A DNA stretch of 64,000 nt, from positions 7,952 to 71,951 of the forward strand of contig CAIZWU010000118.1 of NCBI GenBank assembly GCA_903936775.1, in the 5' to 3' direction. Each line of letters opens with the position of its first letter. The first letter of the stretch is position 1. Of this stretch, positions 55,475 to 63,750 are shown piece after piece. The stretch is from an uncultured bacterium (GTDB taxonomy: Bacteria; Verrucomicrobiota; Verrucomicrobiia; Verrucomicrobiales; V1-33). The notes beneath the pieces are model-generated. The model was given only the letters and a program-made list of their open reading frames with translations, was not told the DNA's origin and ran no database searches. The position numbers and the translations under genes are program-made.

Positions 55475-56971
55475 GTGCCTCCCGCTACCCCTGTGATGGT
55501 CTCTTTGAAGACGGCCGATTTACCTGCCGTCGTGCCTGCCCTCGGCCGGGAAACCCGCCGGGTGGACCGCCGTGCCTTTGGAGCCTACCTGATTGTGGTC
55601 AGTTTCATGGGGGACGCGGTGGTGGCGGTGGCCATGCTGTTTCTGGCGTTCTGGGTCCGGTTTGTCAGTCCTGTGAGCCAGTGGGTGCTGGCGGATGAGA
55701 TGGTGACCCTGCCTTCGTATCTGGGTCAGATCGCGCTCGGGGTCACCCTGATGATGGCGCTCCTGATCAATTTCCGCACCTATCATCCCGGACGTCTGCT
55801 CACGTTCTGCAGCCTCGCCGGCTCCATGGTCAAGGCCACCGCGACCTGGGTTATCGTCTTCATGGGCATCTCCCTCGTGCTCAAATTCCAACCGGGCATC
55901 TCCCGGCTCTACACGCTGGTTGGGTTTGGTCTGGCCACCATCGGTCTGTTGACATGGCGGGTCTATTTCAACCGGTATCTCTGGAATGAATCGGTGGCCC
56001 GCCGGCTGCGCGAGCGCGTCCTTATCATTGGCTGGACTAATGAATCAGAACGCATGGTCCAGCTTCTCAGCCGGGGTTCCCGCTGCCCTTATGAAATCGC
56101 CGGGGCCGTCGAGCCCCCCGATGGCTTCGGCGACCGGTCTCCGGGCAGCCATATTGCGATGCTGGGCTACTACCATGAAATCCGTGATCTGATCCAACAG
56201 CATGATATTGATGCCGTGCTGGTCTCGGATTTGAACCTGAGCCGGACCGAGCTGACCGATCTGGCCGTGATCTGTGAGAAGGAATTGGCCGATTTCAAGA
56301 TCGTGCCGAATTGTTTCCAGATTCTGCTGAGCGGGTTGCACCTCGAATCCATGAACGGGGTGCCCGTGCTGGGCGTGAGCCACCTGCCGCTCCACTCCGC
56401 GTTCAATCAATACTTGAAGCGGCTGGTGGATCTCATCGGAGGGGGATTCGGCCTGCTGATGGCCTTGCCGGTGATCGGCGTTTTTGGCCTGATGGTCCGG
56501 CTCGAAAGCAAAGGACCGGTCTTTTACCGGCAGGTCAGGGTAGGCCGGGACGGCAAGCTCTTCTACATCTGGAAAATCCGCTCCATGCGCCTCGATTCTG
56601 AAAAGAACGGCATTGGCTGGACTGTCAAAGGGGACCCCCGGCTGCTAAAAATTGGTGTGTTCATGCGGAAATGGAACATTGATGAAATCCCCCAATTCTG
56701 GAACGTGATGAAAGGCGAGATGAGTTTGGTAGGTCCGCGTCCGGAACGCCCGGAATTGATCCACGATTTCAAAGAGGAAATCCCCCACTACAACGCCCGC
56801 CACAGCGTCAAGCCGGGCATCACCGGCTGGGCCCAGGTCAACGGGCTGCGGGGCGATACCGATCTCGTGGAGCGCATCAAATGCGACCTCTACTACATTG
56901 AAAACTGGAAATTCCTCTGGGACTTCCAGATCATGGTCCTGACTTTCTTCAAGCGCGACAACGCGTGCTGA
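55475..56971 (+). CDS. polyprenyl-phosphate hexose-1-phosphate transferase (WbaP/EpsB-like priming sugar transferase)
   Basis: Starts at GTG 55475 (alternative ATG 55496). Has 4-5 N-terminal TM helices, a central linker and a C-terminal bacterial sugar transferase domain: DEIPQFWNVMKGEMSLVGPRPERPE, KPGITGWAQVNG. Confidence 0.85.
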   Translation: MPPATPVMVSLKTADLPAVVPALGRETRRVDRRAFGAYLIVVSFMGDAVVAVAMLFLAFWVRFVSPVSQWVLADEMVTLPSYLGQIALGVTLMMALLINFRTYHPGRLLTFCSLAGSMVKATATWVIVFMGISLVLKFQPGISRLYTLVGFGLATIGLLTWRVYFNRYLWNESVARRLRERVLIIGWTNESERMVQLLSRGSRCPYEIAGAVEPPDGFGDRSPGSHIAMLGYYHEIRDLIQQHDIDAVLVSDLNLSRTELTDLAVICEKELADFKIVPNCFQILLSGLHLESMNGVPVLGVSHLPLHSAFNQYLKRLVDLIGGGFGLLMALPVIGVFGLMVRLESKGPVFYRQVRVGRDGKLFYIWKIRSMRLDSEKNGIGWTVKGDPRLLKIGVFMRKWNIDEIPQFWNVMKGEMSLVGPRPERPELIHDFKEEIPHYNARHSVKPGITGWAQVNGLRGDTDLVERIKCDLYYIENWKFLWDFQIMVLTFFKRDNAC

Positions 56972-56986
56972 GGAACCGCGGCCGGG

Positions 56987-58297
56987 TTAGGCTATCTCCC
57001 CGGCTTTCTCATCCTCCGGCTCCGGCAGGAAGAAGATGGCGATGATGGCGGGAATCCACAACACGGCTGCCCAGAGCAGGGTCCGGCGGAAGTCGCCGCC
57101 GCCCGTGATCTGCACGGCGAAGACGGTGCCCGCCGCGGCGGCGAAACGGCCGATGTTATAGCAGAATCCGGCGCCGGTGGTGCGCAGCAGGCTGGGGAAG
57201 AGCGGCGGCAGATACATCGTGAACAACCCGTAAACCCCGGACCAGAATCCGACCGCGGGCAGCCAGAAAAAGCCCATGGCTTCCAGCGGATGCGGCCATC
57301 CGAAAGTGGCAAGCACCGTCACCACAAAGCCGCCGAACATCAGCGCAATCGCCCGCCGGTAACCCAACCGGGTGGCCAGCCAGCCCGCAAAAAAATTCCC
57401 CGGCACCGACACCAGAATCAGCACGCCGAAGCTGCGGGCCACGAAGCTGTTCACATCAGGCGCGGACCATTGGGCGGCTGCGGCCAGCGAGCGCATGTAT
57501 TGCGATTGCCAGAACAAAAACGCCCACCATGCCGTCAGGGAAAAGGCACAAACAATCACCGCCGGCACTGTGATCCGCACCAAACTCCCCCGGAACAAAT
57601 CCATCATGCCCGGTTTGACTTGAACGCCGGATTGCGCTCCCTCCCAGGCTTCGGGTTCCGGCACGTGTTTCCGAATCCAAAAGACGATCAGCGCAGGCAG
57701 CACGCCGACGAGGAAGATGTAATTTGGTGGCAGATCCTTCATCAGAAAACCAGCCAGACACGCCAGCAGGATGCCGATATTCACCGCTGTCTGCAGCACC
57801 GCCGCCAGCCACTTCCGCCAGGCTTTGGGCCACGTTTCCGAGAGCAGGGTGGAACCCACCGCCCATTCTCCGCCAATGCCGAGCGCGGCCAGGAAACGGA
57901 AGATCATCAGATGCCACCACTCGGTCGCGAAGAACGAAAACCCAGTGAAAACCGCATACGTCAAAATCGTCAGGCTCAGCGCCCGGCTGCGGCCAATCAG
58001 GTCGCCCAAGCGCCCGAAAAACGTCCCGCCGAGGGCCCAGCCAATCAGAAATGCCGCCTGAATCCACGCCGCTTTGGTTTGCACATCGGCCTTGGCCAGT
58101 TTGTCCAGGTCCCCCGTATAGCCGAGCAGGAGAGTCACGAAGGCCGTCGCGACCAAGGTGTAAAGATGCAGGTCCAGTCCATCAAACAACCACCCCAGCC
58201 ACGCCGCAATCCCCGATTTCCACTGGGAGGGCGAGAGGTCCTTCAGGGAGGTTTGCGGAGGGGTGGTGGATCGGCCTAAGGATGAATCACGGGTCAT
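56987..58297 (-). CDS. MFS transporter
   Basis: Trimmed to ATG 58297. Has 12 hydrophobic segments and the MFS loop motif GRLGDLIGRSR. Confidence 0.75.
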   Translation of the reverse strand: MTRDSSLGRSTTPPQTSLKDLSPSQWKSGIAAWLGWLFDGLDLHLYTLVATAFVTLLLGYTGDLDKLAKADVQTKAAWIQAAFLIGWALGGTFFGRLGDLIGRSRALSLTILTYAVFTGFSFFATEWWHLMIFRFLAALGIGGEWAVGSTLLSETWPKAWRKWLAAVLQTAVNIGILLACLAGFLMKDLPPNYIFLVGVLPALIVFWIRKHVPEPEAWEGAQSGVQVKPGMMDLFRGSLVRITVPAVIVCAFSLTAWWAFLFWQSQYMRSLAAAAQWSAPDVNSFVARSFGVLILVSVPGNFFAGWLATRLGYRRAIALMFGGFVVTVLATFGWPHPLEAMGFFWLPAVGFWSGVYGLFTMYLPPLFPSLLRTTGAGFCYNIGRFAAAAGTVFAVQITGGGDFRRTLLWAAVLWIPAIIAIFFLPEPEDEKAGEIA

Positions 58298-58377
58298 GGC
58301 CGGCAATCTATAGGGAGCGGCGGCGCCGCTGGCAAGAAACCGTTTTGCTCCTTTCCAGCGCCGTGCCATGGAGGAGG

Positions 58378-58989
58378 ATGGACCTCTTTGGTTATGATCC
58401 CGCCGTCAATCTGCTGCCCTGCGACGGAACCGTGAACTACCACGGCCCCGTGCTGGACCCCGGCGGGGCGCAGCGTTATTATGAGGCCCTGCTTCAGCAC
58501 GTTCCGTGGAAAAACGATGAGGTGATCCTCTTCGGCAAGCATCACGTCACCGCCCGCAAGGTGGCCTGGTATGGCGACGCCGGGTTCTCCTACAGCTACT
58601 CCGGCACCACCAAACAGGCGCTCCCCTGGACCGCGGAACTGCTGGAGCTCAAAACCCTCGTCGAGCAGCTCAGCGGCGCCCGCTTCAACTCCTGCCTGCT
58701 CAATCTCTATCACCACGGCGGCGAAGGCATGGGCTGGCACAGCGATGACGAAAAATCCCTCGGCCGCGACACTGCCATCGCCTCCCTCAGCTTCGGCGCG
58801 GAACGCGAGTTCCGCTTCAAACACAAGCTCCTCCCCGCCACCGCCCGGGTCCTTTTGGAACACGGCAGCCTGCTCGTCATGAAGGACGCCACTCAAACCC
58901 ACTGGCTCCACAGCATCCCCCAGTCCAGGAAAATCCTCACCTCCCGGATCAATCTGACGTTCCGGTGCATGGTAGGGAGTGGTGGGTGA
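58378..58989 (+). CDS. alkB: alpha-ketoglutarate/Fe(II)-dependent dioxygenase AlkB (alkylation repair)
   Basis: Track ORF trimmed to ATG 58378. Motifs NSCLLNLYHHGGEGMGWHSDDE (HxD), THWLHSIP (His) and RINLTFR. Confidence 0.9.
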   Translation: MDLFGYDPAVNLLPCDGTVNYHGPVLDPGGAQRYYEALLQHVPWKNDEVILFGKHHVTARKVAWYGDAGFSYSYSGTTKQALPWTAELLELKTLVEQLSGARFNSCLLNLYHHGGEGMGWHSDDEKSLGRDTAIASLSFGAEREFRFKHKLLPATARVLLEHGSLLVMKDATQTHWLHSIPQSRKILTSRINLTFRCMVGSGG

Positions 58990-59022
58990 CGCCGGGTTTG
59001 GTGACCCCAATTCCGGGCACCT

Positions 59023-59424
59023 TCAGCGCTCCGTCCAATCCACCACGGAAAGCTCCGGCACCCTCGAAAACTCCCGCAGATTTCCGGTAACCAGGGTGAG
59101 CTGATGTTCCAAAGCGTGTCCGGCAATGAGCAGATCCATTGGCCCGATCATCTGACCGGTGGAAGCCAGAGCCTGGCGAACCCGGGAGGAATGTTCCGCC
59201 GAGGATGGAGTGAAGGGCAAAATGGTCAGGGGAGCCGTGAAATCCTCCACCGCTTGCAGATGGCGCTGCACCGCGCCGGAGTGCAGGGCTCCATACCTTA
59301 ATTCATAATAGCTGATGGCTGACAGGAAGATGGTTTGCGGTCCCTGTCGGGCATAGTGGGCGCTGACTGCGGGGTTGCCCTTCATGAAGAAGATGCTGGT
59401 ATCGGAATCGAGCAGGAACATCAA
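59023..59424 (-). CDS. vapC: type II toxin VapC (PIN-domain ribonuclease)
   Basis: 133 aa. Acidic PIN residues are in context: LLDSDT, YYELRYG, PMDLLIAGHAL, TGNLREF. It overlaps the upstream antitoxin gene by 4 nt. Confidence 0.85.
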   Translation of the reverse strand: MMFLLDSDTSIFFMKGNPAVSAHYARQGPQTIFLSAISYYELRYGALHSGAVQRHLQAVEDFTAPLTILPFTPSSAEHSSRVRQALASTGQMIGPMDLLIAGHALEHQLTLVTGNLREFSRVPELSVVDWTER

Positions 59425-59654
59425 AAATGAATTTCACGGGATTCCCCCTGATCGGGCCGCACAAAAGTATCGTCGATTCTTCCGCCGGCGAAGGATTCGA
59501 GATAGCCTTCGGGCCACGTATTTTCATCAGGAATAGGGCGCAGGATCAGGGTCGCTCCTTTGCGCTCAATCTCGACCCGCTTGGCGTCAAAACGAAACTC
59601 CTTGGGAATCCGCACCGCCTGCGAGCCGCCGGACAGAAAAACCGTTGTTGTCAT
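59421..59654 (-). CDS. vapB: type II antitoxin VapB (AbrB/SpoVT-fold)
   Basis: 77 aa. MTTTVFLSGGSQAVRIPKEFRF is the swapped-hairpin AbrB-type N-terminus. It lies directly upstream of vapC. Confidence 0.8.
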   Translation of the reverse strand: MTTTVFLSGGSQAVRIPKEFRFDAKRVEIERKGATLILRPIPDENTWPEGYLESFAGGRIDDTFVRPDQGESREIHF

Positions 59655-59711
59655 GATGGATATACGTATATCCGGCGTCCCGGCTTACAAGGCTAAAATC
59701 CGAAATGGATC

Positions 59712-60626
59712 TCACTTTTGCTCCCAGGATTTCAGCAGGCTTTGGCGCTGGGTTTCGTCCTTGATGGTGTTTGCCCAGATCAAGGCCCCTTCCGGATCGA
59801 AAGCGTGGGCTTTGGCCGCGAAACCGGCTGCCGCGCCGTCATAGGCCGGGCTGTCGCGGTGGGCTTGCAGCCACGTGGCGACTTCGTCGGCGGTTTGCTC
59901 ATCGGTCCACTGGCCTACCGTGTTGGCGGAGGCATGGAACGTCCCCGCCGAGGCCGGGTGGGTTTCGATCCACGCCAGGACTTCTCCTGCTGGTTGGGAC
60001 TGCATCAGCGCGGAAGCAATATTGCCCATGGCTCCGCCAGGGAGGGCCGGACTACCAGCGAACGCATCAAACCAGGGTTTCAGCGTCACGGCGTAGGCGG
60101 GATCGTCATTGATGGCCATTTTCCCGCGGAGCATCTGCCGGAAAAATCCCTGCGCCAGCTGCTCTCCGCTGGCAGGGCCTTCATGATAAATGCCATCGAC
60201 CCAGCCTTTGGGCTGAGGATCCCATCGGGTTGGATCTGGGCGATCAGGATCTTTTTCCTTGGCAGGTTGCGCACTCAATTTCGCCAGCCAATCCCTCACT
60301 TTTCCCGGGTCGTGGGTCGCCATCCGGCCGGCGACCATGCTCCAAATAGTCCGGTCCTTGTCAGGATCGAGTTGGTCCAGGGCGGCCAGTGCCCGGTCCG
60401 GGTCCACTGCTGCCGCCGCTTCGAACCATCCGGCCATCAGCCCTTTCCGGTAATTTCCCTCCGGCTGTTTGGAAATCCAATCCCAGCTTCCCGCCACATC
60501 CTGGGTGGCCCAACCCACAATGCCGTGCCGGACGTTCCAGGTTTCCCAGCCATTCACCACATCGTCGGGCCGGCCTTTTTCGGCCAGCCGCTCGCGGCCG
60601 ACGCTGCCGAATTTCTGCATGAACAA
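59712..60626 (-). CDS. hypothetical Trp-rich helical-repeat protein (probably the C-terminal part of a split gene)
   Basis: 304-aa ORF starting at TTG. The same frame stays open upstream to about 60705. No family recognised. Confidence 0.4.
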   Translation of the reverse strand: MFMQKFGSVGRERLAEKGRPDDVVNGWETWNVRHGIVGWATQDVAGSWDWISKQPEGNYRKGLMAGWFEAAAAVDPDRALAALDQLDPDKDRTIWSMVAGRMATHDPGKVRDWLAKLSAQPAKEKDPDRPDPTRWDPQPKGWVDGIYHEGPASGEQLAQGFFRQMLRGKMAINDDPAYAVTLKPWFDAFAGSPALPGGAMGNIASALMQSQPAGEVLAWIETHPASAGTFHASANTVGQWTDEQTADEVATWLQAHRDSPAYDGAAAGFAAKAHAFDPEGALIWANTIKDETQRQSLLKSWEQK

Positions 60627-60666
60627 CTTCCATTCCTCATCACTGATCCGGCCATCCTTCCGGCTC

Positions 60667-61020
60667 TTACATCGGATCCCAGGCGCTTTCCCAATTCGAT
60701 TTGTTTATTCCGTCCAACGCTTCGGCCAACATCCGGTGCCGTTTCAGCGGATCGCGGCAGGTGCTGAAAATTTGGTAGGATTCCAGCCAGTCCCGGGAAA
60801 TGGCTACGTCCGCTCCGCTTGTGGTGGAGCCGGTGGAGCTGGCTTTTGGAGCACTGTCACGAGGCGCTGAATCCTTTGAACTTTCCCGCGCCGGAACGGC
60901 AGTGGTCATCCCCCCGCTGGAATCCCCATCCAGGCGGGACGTCCCCCAAGCCACACCCAGAGCCAGGCAAGCCGCACAGGCTGCCAGCCAATGCAAATCC
61001 CTGCGCGTCGGAAAAGTCAC
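60667..61020 (-). CDS. hypothetical signal-anchored protein (probably the N-terminal part of a split gene)
   Basis: 117-aa ORF with a signal/anchor LHWLAACAACLALGVAWG and a Ser-rich linker. It ends 40 nt upstream of the next ORF's listed start, in a different frame. Confidence 0.35.
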   Translation of the reverse strand: MTFPTRRDLHWLAACAACLALGVAWGTSRLDGDSSGGMTTAVPARESSKDSAPRDSAPKASSTGSTTSGADVAISRDWLESYQIFSTCRDPLKRHRMLAEALDGINKSNWESAWDPM

Positions 61021-61174
61021 GATCCCGTAAACATGTTAGATGGCGGCGGACCCGTAAAGTAAATTTGCGCCCCGGATGGAGGCGGATGGTCGTGGGCCGC
61101 CGGCCTTTGGACTGCACGCAGTCCAAGGGGGGGGCGTTCGGGTTTTCGGAGAAGCATCCGGTGAAGTCGTAGAG

Positions 61175-61468
61175 TCACAGAATGGGCGGACGGTTTTTGA
61201 CCAACGGCGTAAAGTCGCTCCAGTTTTCGATTCTGAATCCACGAATATCTCTCACGGATAAGGGGAACCATGGCAGCGCTTTTAGAGAGAGCAGGGCCGC
61301 AAACAAATTGGCCATGTCATCGCGGTGGGTCACTTAAAGGCTTCCCTGCACCCGCTCGAAAGCGAATTGGCGCAATGCTGCCGCGATATCCGCATAAGCG
61401 CCACTGACTCCTTTGGGATGGTGTTGCTCCGTATCGGCAACAGTAAGATCAAATGTGATGGCGAACAT
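61175..61468 (-). pseudogene. vapD: vapD (Cas2-like endoribonuclease VapD) interrupted by an in-frame TAA
   Basis: Hand translation from ATG 61468: MFAITFDLTVADTEQHHPKGVSGAYADIAAALRQFAFERVQGSL*VTHRDDMANLFAALLSLKALPWFPLSVRDIRGFRIENWSDFTPLVKNRPPIL*. It is collinear with VapD proteins (MYAIAFDL...YHPKG...GSLY...DMANLF...VRDIRAFRIE.WSDFT). The stop (plus-strand tta at 61334-61336) replaces the conserved Tyr. Confidence 0.75.
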
Positions 61469-61474
61469 GGCCGG

Positions 61475-61660
61475 TCACTCCGCTTCGGGATCCTGAAGTG
61501 CCTTTGAAGCGGGGTAATTTAAAGTCTCCCCGGTTTGCACGACTACGATGGAGAGCATCCTGGAATCCACTTTTTTCAGAACTTGATAAACCGGACCCTC
61601 ACGCCCGAACCGGCGGTAGGATCCCACCAGATCCCCGGAATTTGAAATCATGGTCTTCAT
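61475..61660 (-). CDS. small ORF immediately upstream of vapD (possible cognate partner)
   Basis: 61-aa ORF ending 6 nt before the vapD start, on the same strand. No motif recognised. The call rests only on its position. Confidence 0.3.
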   Translation of the reverse strand: MKTMISNSGDLVGSYRRFGREGPVYQVLKKVDSRMLSIVVVQTGETLNYPASKALQDPEAE

Positions 61661-61739
61661 GAAATTTCGTTGCCTCGAAACAGTGAAGGGGTCAAGAGGC
61701 CGCCGAAAAGAATACCAGCGAAAGAGCGGCAGGATATCT

Positions 61740-61985
61740 CTACACTTCCACCTTGTAAATTTGGAGCCGGCCCCACGGGGGCCAGATGCCGTTTTTGGGG
61801 GCGGGCTGGCCGTTGGCTCCGGCGAGGATCAGGGAATTTCCGTCGGCGGTGAAGCGGGCGTGGGTGATGCGCTTTTTGGTGTCGATGGAATGGACGGGCC
61901 TGCCGTCGCTGGAGGAGAAGAGGGCGGCATTCCAGGTGCCTTGGGCCTGGCGGCCGGCCATGATGAAGTGTTGGCCCTCGCGGAA
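61740..61985 (-). pseudogene. 3' remnant of a beta-propeller (WD40/PQQ-like) repeat gene
   Basis: The C-terminal ~75 aa of track ORF 61740..62408 read ...WNAALFSSSDGRPVHSIDTKKRITHARFTADGNSLILAGANGQPAPKNGIWPPWGRLQIYKVEV*. The upstream part of that ORF is merely antisense to the alkB fragment. Confidence 0.3.
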
Positions 61986-61988
61986 CGC

Positions 61989-62318
61989 CTCACCGGAGCC
62001 CGCTTCAACTCCTGCCTGCTGAACCTCTACCATCAGGGGAACGAAGGCATGGGCTGGCACAGCGATGACGAGAAATCGATCGTTCCGTATAGCGCCATCG
62101 CTTCGCTGAGTTTCGGAGCTGCGCGGGAATTCCGCTTCAATCACAAACACCTCCCCGTCACCGCCAAAGTTCTCCTTGGGCACGGCAGCCTGCTCATCAT
62201 GAAGGACCGCACCCAGACTCACTGGCTCCACAGCATCCCCAAATCCAAAAAAATCCAGACCCCCCGCATCAACCTGACGTTCCGCACCATGGAGGAGCCC
62301 GGAAATCGCCGGACCTAA
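61989..62318 (+). pseudogene. 5'-truncated alkB paralogue fragment (C-terminal ~110 aa only)
   Basis: LTGARFNSCLLNLYHQGNEGMGWHSDDEKS...THWLHSIPKSKKIQTPRINLTFR is collinear with residues ~98-200 of the intact alkB at 58378..58989. Identical nucleotide runs include cgcttcaactcctgcctgct, gaaggcatgggctggcacagcgatgacga and actggctccacagcatcccc. The N-terminal ~100 aa are missing. Confidence 0.75.
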
Positions 62319-62340
62319 CATAAATCCGGCGGGCGGCAGG

Positions 62341-63453
62341 CTATGCCGGAGGCAGGAACAGGGTGAATACTGCCCCGGACCGATCCTCCCGGTTGGTTGC
62401 CGTGACATGGCCGCTCATCCGTTCGGCCAGCATTTTCACAATCGCGAGGCCCATCCCGGTGGAATTCTCACCGGCGGTGGGACGGGCGCTGAGACGGCGG
62501 TATTTTTGGAACAAGCCGGCCTCATCTTCCGGGGTGAGACCGGGTCCCTCGTCCGTCACGAGGCAGGCGGGCATCCCGTCCGGTTGAAGCATGGCGGTCA
62601 CTGTCAGTTTGCTGCCACGGGGCGAAAATTTAATGGCGTTGGAAACAAGATTCTCCAGGAGATGCTTCAAGGCACTGGCGTCAGCCATGACCATCACCGG
62701 ATCAGCCGGAACCACCGTTTCGATCTGCGACTGCTTGTCCGCCGCTGCGCGGCTCAGCGAACCGATGGCAGCCTTGAGCGCGATTTCGAGATTGATCGGC
62801 TGAAAAGTCAGGGGGAACTCGGCAAACTCCTCGGCCTGCTGTGAAAGCAGGGATTCGATGCTGCCTGACATTTCCTTGACCGTGGATTCGATGCTATCAA
62901 TGATCCGCGTCTCGAAGCTGGCTTCCGGTGGCAACTTGTTGCGCAAGGTTTGAACAATCAGGTTGATGGCGAAGAGCGGGTTCTTCAAATCGTGGGCCAC
63001 CATCCCGAGGAGTTCATCCTTTTCCCGCAGCAGCCGGATCATCCTGTCCAGATTGGTCTTCAACGCGAGGTGGGTCCGCACCCGGGCAATCAGTTCGGGC
63101 TTGCGGAAGGGTTTGGTGATATAATCGACTCCGCCGCTTTCGAAGGCTTTGACAATAACCCCGGACTCCCCCGCCGCGGAGAGGAAAATTACCGGGACAT
63201 CGAGGCATTCCGGAATCAGGCGCACCCGTTCGTAGAAGGCGAACCCGTCCATTCCCGGCATCCGCACATCCAGCAGAATCAGATCAGGTCTCCTTGCCGC
63301 GATGTGTTCCAAAGCCAGCGGGCCGCTGTTGGCGGTATGGACCTCATAACCCTCCCTGCGCAAAAAACCGCTCACCAGTTGAAGATTGGCGTCCTGATCA
63401 TCCACTACGAGAATGGAAGGGATGCGAATAGTGACGGCGGGAATTCTGTTCAT
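62341..63453 (-). CDS. hybrid response regulator / histidine kinase (REC-HisKA-HATPase_c)
   Basis: REC domain: ILVVDDQDANLQL, DLILLDVRMPGMDGF, KPF. H-box MVAHDLKNPL. N-box LENLVSNAIKFS. G-boxes DEGPGL and GMGLAIV. Confidence 0.85.
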   Translation of the reverse strand: MNRIPAVTIRIPSILVVDDQDANLQLVSGFLRREGYEVHTANSGPLALEHIAARRPDLILLDVRMPGMDGFAFYERVRLIPECLDVPVIFLSAAGESGVIVKAFESGGVDYITKPFRKPELIARVRTHLALKTNLDRMIRLLREKDELLGMVAHDLKNPLFAINLIVQTLRNKLPPEASFETRIIDSIESTVKEMSGSIESLLSQQAEEFAEFPLTFQPINLEIALKAAIGSLSRAAADKQSQIETVVPADPVMVMADASALKHLLENLVSNAIKFSPRGSKLTVTAMLQPDGMPACLVTDEGPGLTPEDEAGLFQKYRRLSARPTAGENSTGMGLAIVKMLAERMSGHVTATNREDRSGAVFTLFLPPA

Positions 63454-63750
63454 AAAAGGGGAACCCGGAGTGGAAAGGCATCCTCCGGAAGGGGACGCGG
63501 TCTGATGCCGCTGACCCCCCCTGAATCCTTATTTGAAGTCAGGATATAGGCGGGTTCGGGCCACAATGCAATCCCGGTCTATCTCTTTATGGCATGTTGC
63601 CGGAAATCCATCCATTCAGGGCGCGTTGCCTATGGGGTGTATTACCCATGGTCTTCGTAAAAGAGCGGGGGTATCTTAAACGCTTTCAGATATTATGTTA
63701 GTAGCTTTTCCTTATTGCGGCATTTTCCAACCGGGAGCCTCTGGCTCAGG

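Noticed and set aside
58669-62290. Annotating the alkB-bracketed islet as a defined mobile element or prophage remnant.
   Set aside because: I recognised no integrase, transposase, tRNA attachment site or terminal inverted repeats. I report it only as a rearranged accessory islet.
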